64,000 nt of DNA from Eledone cirrhosa (taxonomy: Eukaryota). The position numbers and the translations under genes were made by a program. Below the pieces are notes generated by a model. The model was not told where the DNA came from. It worked only from the letters and a program-made list of their open reading frames with translations, and searched no databases. This document shows, piece after piece, positions 45,094 to 57,204 of the stretch. The stretch lies in assembly GCA_964016885.1 (NCBI GenBank), contig OZ024743.1:4960001-5024000 (forward strand), given 5' to 3'. Position 1 is the first letter of the stretch. Each line of letters begins with the position of its first letter.

Positions 45094-45595
45094 AACACAG
45101 ATATATACATATATGTGTTCAAATCATAAGGGATCAGATTCGCTAAGGTGAAAAGAATATTAACTTTGCCAGACTCAATTTAAGAATAAATCAAGAAAAT
45201 AAATACAAACCGGAATACCTTTGATATATTCGGCTCCGGTAATTTGTTGAGCTAATTCAAAGGTCGAGTAAACCAGGCTTCTATTTTTAGTGGTGTGAGT
45301 TTGTGAGACACGCTAAGTTCAGATAACATGTGCGTTATTATATATACGCACACTATTCAATTTTTAATATACTTAGCTAATTCTTCACCCACTGATGAGC
45401 AAGAATTGGTATTCTTCTTCACAATTAATTTTGCGAAACAGCATTACCAAAGCTGTCTGGGTGATTGGTAGTTACCACAATTCCGGTTTGTATTTATTTA
45501 TTTTCTTAAATTGAGTCTATAGTTAGTATTCTTTTCACCTTAGCGAATCTGGTCCCTTATGATTTGAACACATATATCTATATATCTGTGTTTGT
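45092..45595. mobile_element. fold-back cassette with ~120-bp inverted arms enclosing a hammerhead
   Basis: 45092-45215 is approximately the reverse complement of 45480-45595; follows a (TA)n tract. Confidence 0.75.
45385..45464 (+). ncRNA. canonical type I hammerhead ribozyme (GUC site)
   Basis: TCACCCA-CTGATGA-GCAAGA...TTTTGC-GAAA-CAGC attaccaaa GCTG-TC-TGGGTGA; 7-bp stem I, 5-bp stem III, predicted cleavage after 45457. Confidence 0.92.
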
Positions 45596-45724
45596 TTTTC
45601 TTTTATATTCAATTATAATATACGGCTCGGAAAAATCTCTTTCCTGGAGCTAATTTATTGTAAGAGACTATTTTGAGTTTCTAACTCAATATATACCTTT
45701 GATATGTATATATATATATATAAG

Positions 45725-45880
45725 AAAAAGTATGACCCCGACGGGTCTGAAATAGCCGTTGAAACGGCTTGAGCTCTGCCGTCGGGGTCATACTTTTTCC
45801 TATTTCCCACTCTACTACCCTAAGTATTGAGTACTCTGGTGCGTTATGACCCATCTGGTTCCTTATCACAATTCCTTTGT
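45725..45880 (+). mobile_element. Penelope-type remnant with the 3' half of a hammerhead and a short 5' inversion
   Basis: GAAA-CGGC ttgagctct GCCG-TC-GGGGTCA, preceded by an inverted copy (AAAAGTATGACCCCGACGG); homologous to 31535-31730. Confidence 0.65.
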
Positions 45881-45912
<32 letters not shown>

Positions 45913-45913
45913 A

Positions 45914-45944
<31 letters not shown>

Positions 45945-45948
45945 TAGG

Positions 45949-46048
<100 letters not shown>

Positions 46049-46052
46049 CAGA

Positions 46053-47075
<1,023 letters not shown>

Positions 47076-47076
47076 A

Positions 47077-47134
<58 letters not shown>

Positions 47135-47203
47135 ACAACAGGATACAAAAGTCTAGGACAACTAAGGTTCTTATTCTTTATCTGCTGCTGCTACTGCTGT
47201 TGA

Positions 47204-47238
<35 letters not shown>

Positions 47239-47417
47239 TTACTACTACTACTACTACTACTACTACTACGTGTTGTGTTCTGACTTTAAGGTGTGGAGTG
47301 GGGTGAACATGCCAGAATTTAGAGCGACAGGTGAATTACTTTATAATGTGGCGACAGTATCAACATCATAATTGACATGGTGTTCGCTGCAGCAGCAGCA
47401 ACGGCAGCAGAAGCAAC

Positions 47418-47470
<53 letters not shown>

Positions 47471-47599
47471 CATACGAACTCCGTCTCTCTCTATATATAC
47501 TTAACAGTGTGTGTTAAACAGATGGAAGCCAGCATAATTATATATATACATATAATTATATATATATAAATACACACCCACACACAGACATATAAAAAT

Positions 47600-47786
47600 G
47601 AGTTGTACCTGTAAATCGAAGGGCCAACATTGTCACATTCTGTATCACGCTGAATCTCCCTGACAACAACGTTAAGAGTACACGTGTTTGTGAAATGCTC
47701 AGCTACTTGCACGTTAATTTCCTGAGTAGGCTGTTCCGTTGATCGGATCAACTGGAACACTCGTCGTCGTAACCGACGGAGTGCCT
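47600..47786. mobile_element. fragment of another interspersed retro-repeat
   Basis: cacgctgaatctccctg...ggctgttccgttgatcggatcaactggaac..gtcgtaaccgacggagtgcc resembles an abundant octopus repeat tail, from recall only. Single copy in this window. Confidence 0.45.
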
Positions 47787-47896
47787 TCCATGTTTCTCAG
47801 TAGAAAAGCTCAATGGACATTTGCCAAGAGCATCAATAATTCAAATTAAAAGTTATATGTATATATATATAGAGAGAGAGCCATATATCCTTTCAG

Positions 47897-48281
47897 AAAC
47901 ACATAGTATACTGTACATATCTATAAAACACATAGTATACTGTACATATATATAAAACACATAGTATACTGTACATATATATAAAACACATAGTATACTG
48001 TACATATATATAAAACACATAGTATACTGTACATATATATAAAACACATAGTATACTGTACATATATATAAAACACATAGTATACTGTACATATATATAA
48101 AACACATAGTATACTGTACATATATATAAAACACATAGTATACTGTACATATATATAAAACACATAGTATACTGTACATATATATAAAACACATAGTATA
48201 CTGTACATATATATAAAACACATAGTATACTGTACATATATATAAAACACATAGTATACTGTACATATATATAAAGCACAT
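47897..48281. repeat. 29-bp minisatellite (AAAACACATAGTATACTGTACATATATAT), about 13 copies
   Basis: Directly visible, near-perfect units. Confidence 0.97.
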
Positions 48282-48324
48282 AATATTTTTTTAAATACGT
48301 ACTTTAAGGTGGAAAAGTCCTTCT

Positions 48325-48448
48325 TTCCTTATGGTACCATTTCATGGTTCGTAAACCGTAACAAAAATCGATATAAGCAATCCATCATCGATCACTAACT
48401 ATCGAATTTGGTAAAGCTACGGGTGGCGCGAACCAATCATCAGAGAAA
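48325..48448 (-). ncRNA. type I hammerhead ribozyme with ~90-nt stem II domain
   Basis: Minus strand reads TTTCT-CTGATGA-tTGGTTCG...CGAACCAt-GAAA-TGGTACCA-TA-AGGAA; palindromic stem III ATGGTACCAT. Confidence 0.78.
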
Positions 48449-48469
48449 TTCGTAAATCTCTATATATAT

Positions 48470-48591
48470 ATATTAGTAAAAAGGAAAAGAAAATGCTGAC
48501 AAATTTTTCCCAGTGAAAAATAGTTTAATTAGGAATAAGTATAAATTAGTAATAAGTATTGGTTATTATCACAACAATGAACCACTTTGCT

Positions 48592-48623
<32 letters not shown>

Positions 48624-49126
48624 ATATATTTGTCTTAATAGACACCTGAACTGTTGACCTCTCAACATGACTGCAACTCAATCAAGCGGAAAAGGACACT
48701 CTTCGACAAACCTACATTTGGCGCGAAACCACCTCGCGCTAAAATCAATTTAAACAATCACGTGACTTCTACCGACCAATCAAAATTGTTTTGACTACAA
48801 GAATTTTTGCAACACGAATTGGCGCGAAATTTATAGTGCTTATTCACGTGACATTCAACAACCAACCAAATCTTAATGCCTCCCAAGCCATTTTTTTCAC
48901 ATAAAACAAGAAGAATTTCCAAAACTGATCAGATTAAAGCAAACATCACGGGCGCTCTATCTCAAAATTATTTTTGAAAAGCATAAGAAATCCGCAACCG
49001 GTAAAAACTTAAAACTAAAACTGAATACTAACTAATACTTATTACTAATTTATACTTATTCCTAATTAAACTATTTTTCACTGGGAAAAATTTGTCAGCA
49101 TTTTCTTTTCCTCTTTACTAATATAT
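48470..49126. repeat. inverted repeat (~95-bp arms) enclosing a ~460-bp spacer
   Basis: 48470-48567 is approximately the reverse complement of 49026-49126. Confidence 0.88.
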
Positions 49127-49146
49127 CACAACTCGTGTGTCACACC

Positions 49147-49233
<87 letters not shown>

Positions 49234-49237
49234 TGCC

Positions 49238-49310
49238 TTGTCCGATGAACGAATGAGGACGTTTTTCGTATTCGTCTTATTCGGGAAACCTCTGGTAATG
49301 AGGTAATTAT
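49238..49310 (+). ncRNA. hammerhead-like motif (CCGAUGA variant, weak stem I)
   Basis: CCGATGA-aCGAATGAGGACG..CGTCTTATTCGg-GAAA-CCTC tggtaat GAGG-TA. Stems II and III pair; stem I pairs poorly. Confidence 0.55.
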
Positions 49311-49789
49311 AAATTTACCTCTGGTACTTACATAGAGCACTCTTCACTCCTATGACTTTTTCAATTTTCAACGGAAACTTCAATACTTATATATATATAT
49401 GGTAATGGTACATAATCAACTGAAACAACACTTCAGGTGGCGCCACTATGGAAAGAGTTATCCCGCGAAAAATAAGGGAAAATATTATCAAAAGTGATTC
49501 TCACATCTCTCTCGGGTTTTCACGTAGAAACTACTTTCTATCATGGTGTCACTTGAAGATTTGCATAAGAGTTAGTTCTAAATAATGAAACACACAATAA
49601 AATAAAATACACAACACCCATATATAAAGCAGTAAAGTGTGGCCGGACATGATATATAAATAGACGGAAGTAAAACAATGTGAAAGAAGGGAATGAGAAA
49701 GAGAGTGAGAGGAGAGAGAGGGGGGAGAAAGACAAACAAAACACAAACATATAGCAACACCTACAATTTCTGTCATTACTCTTGTTACT

Positions 49790-49875
<86 letters not shown>

Positions 49876-49908
49876 TTGCTGTTGTTGGTGGTGGTGGTGG
49901 TATTAGTG

Positions 49909-49975
<67 letters not shown>

Positions 49976-50046
49976 CAGCAGCAGCAACAGCAGCAGTAGT
50001 AGTAGTAGCAGCAGTAGCAATAGTAGTAGTAGTAGCAGTAGCAGCA
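49790..50046. repeat. (GTA)n/(GGT)n/(GCA)n microsatellite
   Basis: Directly visible. Confidence 0.95.
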
Positions 50047-50444
50047 GTCGTGCAACGAGCAACTGTAAAAACAAGAAAGAGAGAACGGATGTATTTGTAG
50101 GCCAAGCAGTAGTAAAGATGGCCGACAGTTTGTGGGGGGAAAAGTCGAGTAAGTAAAGTAATTGTTGTCCACGTGATAAGAAAGTGTGTCCACAGCATAG
50201 TATCTGCCATCGCGCAGCTCGTGTCGGTGTGACGTCATCGACACATTGTTACCTGTAAATGGAATGAGGTATTTCTCCAGTACTTGACTCTTAGGTTACC
50301 TTAAGATAACAGTTAGATGTTATAACCTACCTTGTACGTGCTTGCTTTACTTCACACATGCCTGGTCGTTCTGAAATACGGAAGGCCATAAGGAACGGAC
50401 ACAAGTCAACAAGATAAATCTGAATCGCAACGCCAGCAGAGAAT

Positions 50445-50765
50445 ACAGTGTACCCACTGCATTCGCGGTCCCACTTATTCGTGAAATTTTCCTTAGAACC
50501 TAACTTATAATTCTTCGTGGAAACCACCGCATATTCGCGGAATCGTAAATATCTTCCACGATTTTTTAATGGCTTTTTTCGTGGCAATATATATTTTTTC
50601 ACGCTTTTTAACGCTAAATTATTAATAACAATATACTGTCATATATCTTACGTTATGTTTTGACTTTCATACGCATTTATATGGACCACGTCCAATATTC
50701 GCGGTTTGTCACTCTTCGTGGGTGCTCTAGGAACGTAATCCCCGCGAATCCTGGGAGACAACTGG
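50445..50765. mobile_element. Tigger/pogo-like MITE
   Basis: Imperfect TIRs (ta)CAGTGTACCCACTGCATTCGCGG / CCGCGAATCCTGGGAGACAACTG; second copy at 30130-30530. Confidence 0.7.
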
Positions 50766-51065
50766 ATATCATTTTCTGTGTTGCCGTTAGATATATATAT
50801 ACCCATGTGATACCATAGGATAATTGGTAGAATACACATGACATCGAATGCTTTCTCTTATTACACCATGATTTTGCTTGATTGGAGTGACACAATCACA
50901 GCCACGATTCCCTGCTAGCAAACACCATATGAGTATATATGGATATGTGTGTGTATATATATATATAAATATATATATATATGTATATGTATTATGTTTA
51001 ATATAGAAATGGCTTATACAGGACTAGAACTGTTTCATTCAAAAGAAATCATATATAAATATATA

Positions 51066-51101
<36 letters not shown>

Positions 51102-51567
51102 AGCGTGTACGTGTTATTGTTTGGAAACCAATCTGATTTGCCAATGATGACGGTATAAATTATAAATGAATGTAATAGATAACGTAACCTGTGAGAGTGA
51201 AATAAATATCAAATACCTATATCACCTTGCTATGATAAAGCAATTGACTCAAATTCTTCATATCCACACTCAAGGGTAAAAGGTGCTTAACTCTGAAAGA
51301 AGTCGTAGGGTCACTGTCGTGACACATGGCGTGTCTCAAGCATTTATACCTGGCGGAGACCATCCCTCTTCAGGTCTGAACACAACTGACATATTCCTGA
51401 GAAAAAAGAAAGAAAGGTAAGTGCAATATACGAAGAATCAACCCCAGTATTGAAATGGTACTTTATTTATCGTCCTCGATGAGATGTGAACTGAGAGCCC
51501 GGTGAGCTGGAACATATACTGAAGAACCTTTAATCTAACACCCTATCCGCTTTACAAATATATATAT

Positions 51568-52274
<707 letters not shown>

Positions 52275-52280
52275 TCGTAT

Positions 52281-52470
52281 GTGGATTGCCAGTATTGGTA
52301 GAGGCTCGGACGCCATGCTTTGACGCATAGAGTTACGGCTCTTTCCATTATGAGTTCAAATCCCGCCGGGGTTAACTTTGCCTTACATCCTTACGGGGTG
52401 TCGATAAAATAAAGTACCAGTAATGCACTGGGTGATTGCTGGCCTTGTGCCAAAAAGTAGAAACAATTAT
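52281..52470 (+). mobile_element. tRNA-derived SINE
   Basis: B-box GAGTTCAAATCC plus the SINE core and tail. Confidence 0.9.
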
Positions 52471-53092
52471 ATTATATGGTATCATATCAAAACATATCAA
52501 CCATGCTATTATGATGTACATATGATATCAGTCACGAAGTTATCTTGAAATATGATACAACAGCCACACTCTCTTTTGAAGTGATAGTTATATCAATCCC
52601 AATAGATACAGCGATGACACCAGCTCTGCTGTGACTATTATGATAATGACAAAAGTATTAAGTTTTATGTTATTCAATAATATGACGTCACTGAAATTAA
52701 AGTTATGTTAAAAATCAGGCAACAACCAACCCAATTAATTCTGCTAGTCACAATACTGAGGAATTTAGTCATGATACGCTATATGTGAATAAAGGAGAAT
52801 GATTATGACCGAAACACTGTTAATCGTGTCTGCTGGATCATGTCTTATTTTGGACAAACGGCAAAAAATGTCACATGTTAAGCGATGCTTGTGCTTGAAA
52901 CTTTTTTTTAGTGAAGAAAGACGTTGCACTTGGACAATCCTACTCTCTGAACATCGAACGCATTTGCCCAAAAAGAAGAACTGGTCTACATCATTGGGTG
53001 CAAACGATGTCGCAGGTTTTATATCAGAGTGACCTTCTTAATGAAGATTAGGAGTCTCTCACGCCACCATAAAAGAAACATACACACATACA

Positions 53093-53490
53093 TCTCTTTT
53101 ACTCTTTTGTTGGTTTCAGGCATTCGACAGCGGCTACGCTAGAGCACCACCTTCTATCATATCGATCACCAGTACTGATTTCTTCAAGTCTGGCACTTAC
53201 TTTATCGACTCTATTAGTAGAGCCCGTAGGTTATGGAACATAAACAAACAGTACCGGTTGTTAAGTGGTGCAAACGTGAAGACAAACACAAATTCACACA
53301 CACACATATATATATGTATGTATGTATATACGACGGGCATCCCTCATAGTTTCCGTCTCCCAAATTTCACTCACAATACATTGATCAAATGATGCCATAG
53401 TAGAAGACACTTGCCTAAGGTATCATGCAGTGGGAATGAACCTGAAACACGTGCCTGTGAAGCAAACCCCTTCTACAGTTAACTACCTGC
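53093..53490 (-). mobile_element. second SINE family, degenerate
   Basis: Minus-strand tRNA-like head (CAGGTTCATTCCCACTGC), body agtagaagacacttgcctaagg, tail tctcttttactcttttgttggtttcag; a tail fragment also occurs at ~30045-30100. Confidence 0.6.
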
Positions 53491-54775
53491 ATTTATTTTC
53501 CCTTTGATTTTTTTTTAATATACTAGGATTTTTTTCAACACACTGACGCGTATGGGTATATGTGTGTGCGTGTGTGTATGTGCATATGCATACATCTATA
53601 TGGATGAGTATATAAATATAAACGTGCAAACATAGATACTCTACTAAGTGTTACGTGTTAAAGAGAGAAAGAAGAATATTCTTTTAGCAAAAAAGTCGTG
53701 TAGAATAATAAACCAATCCGGTGAAAAATCTTGGCACGAAAAGTACGATGTTGAAAATTCTGGACATTTCATCTATATAAACTTAGCTTGTAGTCCTTTA
53801 AGATTCCTATTTCACAATACAATCACAATATCATACAGAAATACAGAACAGAGGCGTGATAGAAACTGATAGATTGAAACTTTGAGTCAATGTGAATAGG
53901 TCGCTGTCTTCTTAATTATTATAACGATACAGGTCTTCCATAGTTGATACTATTATCCAAATAGCGCCTAAGAAGTCGGGTGCTATGCTGTCACTAATAC
54001 TGTTTAGCTGATGTATTTTCCGATAAGAAACTGACAAGCTGTCAACGACACTGCAATCTACTGACAAGACACTGTGATTTCTATTCGGCTGCACACAAAG
54101 GCACGAAGAACTGGTTTCAAAAGATGGATTTCCGGAAAACACTTGCCAGCTGTCTCCTCATACTTAACGGGGTCTTTTTCGTTTGGTTTTGCGTTTATTT
54201 AGGGGTAGAGCGGATTATTTGTTTTCTTTTTCTTTTCGTCTAGACTTAAGTCCTTTAGAAATTCGTTTATGTAGCGGTGAACATAAACTCATTATAATTA
54301 TTGTTTGAATTATTTTTTCTCTCCTGTTATTTTTCATATTCTTTCTTATATTTCAGGTATGTGTCGTAAGGTGAAGCAGAAGTCAAGGGTTGGCTATATC
54401 TAGACATGGTGATGTTATTTCTGCTTTGGTCTTATTTTACTTGTTTTATTGTTGTATCCTTGTTCATATATATTTTTTATTTATTCATTTTTCGGAGTGA
54501 GGTTGTTTCTATTTTGGAGAAACTTGGATAGAGGAATCCTTTTTTTTTTCTTCTGTATTTGGGGAGGTTGTTTATATTCGGTTTGTTTTCTTTCAGAAGG
54601 CTATGGTGTTTATTGAGGGATTGTTAGGTAGGAGATGCCCCTACTGTACGGATGTGATTTTCTACGTAACCTTGTTATTTCGTGGCTACCTGGACTGTTT
54701 GTCCAGCAGTCCTATGACGCCAGAAGAGTTGAGATAACTAATACACACAAACACACTCACACACACACATATATA

Positions 54776-54944
<169 letters not shown>

Positions 54945-55007
54945 ACTCAGACAAAATATACAGTAGGTGTTTGGCTTGGGTTTGAATATAGATTTAAAGA
55001 AACATAG

Positions 55008-55326
55008 ATGCATACATACGTACGTACATCCATCCATACATACATGCATACATACATACATACATACATACATACATACATACATACATACGTACGTACG
55101 TACGTACATACATACGTACATCCATCCATACATACATACATACATCCATCCATCCATCCATACATACATACATACATACATACATACATACATACGTACG
55201 TACGTACATACATACATACATACATACATACATACATACATACATACATACATACATACATACATACATACATACATACATACATACATACATACATACA
55301 TACATACATACATGCATGCATGCATA
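55008..55326. repeat. (TACA)n microsatellite
   Basis: Directly visible. Confidence 0.95.
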
Positions 55327-55643
55327 CAGGGTAAAGATTCCCTTCGGTCAGGAATGACCATGGGATTTGCACTCAGAAACTTTCCCTTCTGTGATAGAAG
55401 TCCGGACATGTTGTTTGTGGAAGACCGGCAGTGACCCATGCATAACAGCCTCCCCTCTCAACCTCACCCATGTTGTCCAAGGGAAAGGCAAAGGTTGATA
55501 CAGCTTATTTCGCAACTCATTTCTACAGCTGAGTGAACTGGAGTGACGTCAGATAAAGAGTGACAACGCATCACCCGGTCCGAGAATCGAACTCACAACC
55601 TCACGATTGGGAATCCGACCCTCTAACCACTAAACCCAGCGCC
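55327..55643 (-). mobile_element. third SINE family with tRNA head
   Basis: Minus strand GGTTTAGTGGTTAGAG (A box) and GAGTTCGATTC (B box), ending in the (TGTA)n tail. Confidence 0.65.
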
Positions 55644-55669
55644 TATAAATACATACATGGGGGCAGAGT

Positions 55670-56910
55670 CCTCAGACACTCATTCGAGCAGCCCCTATCA
55701 AAAAGCAACCGTCTCCAACTGATCCAGCTGGATCCCTAAGCGAGACCAGCCAAGCTCATGGATGTTATAAAACCATCTTGTTCGTCTACCTCTAGGTCTT
55801 CTGTCTGTTGGTTTTACGCGTAAAATCTGTCCAACTATTCTTTCCTGAGACATTCTAACCACATCTCGGGTCGGATTTCATCTTCCCCTGCGGCCTTGCC
55901 ACATTTGAATTCTTTAACTGCTCTTGTGACCTCAGCCTCCGAGAGATTATTCACCTCTCCCAGATGCACCTTGTGTACATCAGATGTTGTGATCGGGTTT
56001 AGGAAATCAGCTAAGTATTCTTTCCACCTTGCGAGGATGCACCTCTCTGAAGAGAGGAGAACTCCAGACACGTTTCTGATAGCAGGTGTGGAGGAGGAGG
56101 ACTTCTTATTACAGAGTTGTTGGATGGTCTGCCAGAACACCTTATTTGCTGATCTGACGTCGGATTGCAGCTTAACCTCAAAGACCTCCCATGTCTTAAC
56201 TTTGGACGCCTTTACTGTCTCTGCTGCGGTTCTTCGTGCCTGTTTGTACTGCAAGTGCTAGAAGGAGAACTTATTTCCGAGCCAGGGGTGTATATTTTGT
56301 TTGTGTGTATGTGTTGGAGGAATGTATATTTTATAGGTCACCTTCTTTACTCGGATGGCATATGTGACCTCTTGATTGAAGCATGGGGGTCCTCCTGCCA
56401 TCCGGCGTATCACCAACCCTCTTTCGCTTACAGCATTTAACAGCTGAAACAGAAACTGCTGAGCTGGACACTCTCCACTCCGTTTTAACATCCTCAGTTT
56501 GCTCAAGGAGTTCTTTGAATTTAGATGCAATACTATCTGCATACCTTGTCCTAACTTCCTTATCCACCAACGCTTCCCACTTTATTCTGTAGGGCACCCC
56601 GGACCTGCTAGTTTTGTGGGCTTCTTTGGTTTTAAGTAGTCTCAAGCTGCTGATAACTAGATGGTTATTAGTTAATAACTCAGCGCCACTCTTAACTCGA
56701 AGGTCCAGCACAAAATCGAAGAGATCAAAGACAATAACAAAATCAATTATTGATCTCTGTCCCTGATTTCCCTTATACTATGTATATTTATGGATGTCTC
56801 TGTGCTGGAAGAAGGTGTTCATAATAGACTCCATTGCCAGAACAGAAGTCTAATGAGGCTTCTCCATTCGTATTTAGATCGGGGTCGCCGTCCCTTCCAA
56901 TCACTCTATG
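55670..56910 (-). mobile_element. decayed RTE-clade (Expander/Rex3-like) LINE with RT core deleted
   Basis: Minus-strand peptides VIGRDGDPDLNTNG and FFQHRDIHKYT*..QRSIIDFVIV..VLDLRVKSGAELLTNNHLV (APE endonuclease end), then FWQTIQQL..ARWKEY..EVTRAVKEFKCGKAAGEDEIRPEM, joined directly to the C-terminal RRPRGRRTRW. Confidence 0.85.
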
Positions 56911-57204
56911 ACAGGTTTCTATTTTGGAATAACTTTGATAGATACAATTTACACAAAGTCGTATAAGTTTTACGTTTGTTGAAAAAAGAATATCTCGATT
57001 TATCGGACGTTAGAGCAAAATTAGGAAAATGAGTAAGTTGGAAGATTGGAAAAAAAATTATCAGGATGAGTAAGATGGTAATGTGGCAAGCGGGGATGTA
57101 CGCAGTACGGGGATCGGGGGTGTATGCAGAGGTGGTGGTGGAGCTACCGGGTCTATCATCGATGCTGGTGTGTGCGGATATGGTACATTTTGTGTTTTTA
57201 TTTT

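Noticed and set aside
51320-51380. Minus-strand CTGAAGA..GAGA-CAC..GTG-TC as a hammerhead
   Set aside because: The GAAA box is altered and stem I does not pair.
52765-54142. Short ORFs in unique-looking sequence as host exons
   Set aside because: No recognisable protein motifs or convincing splice pairs by eye; a database search would be needed.
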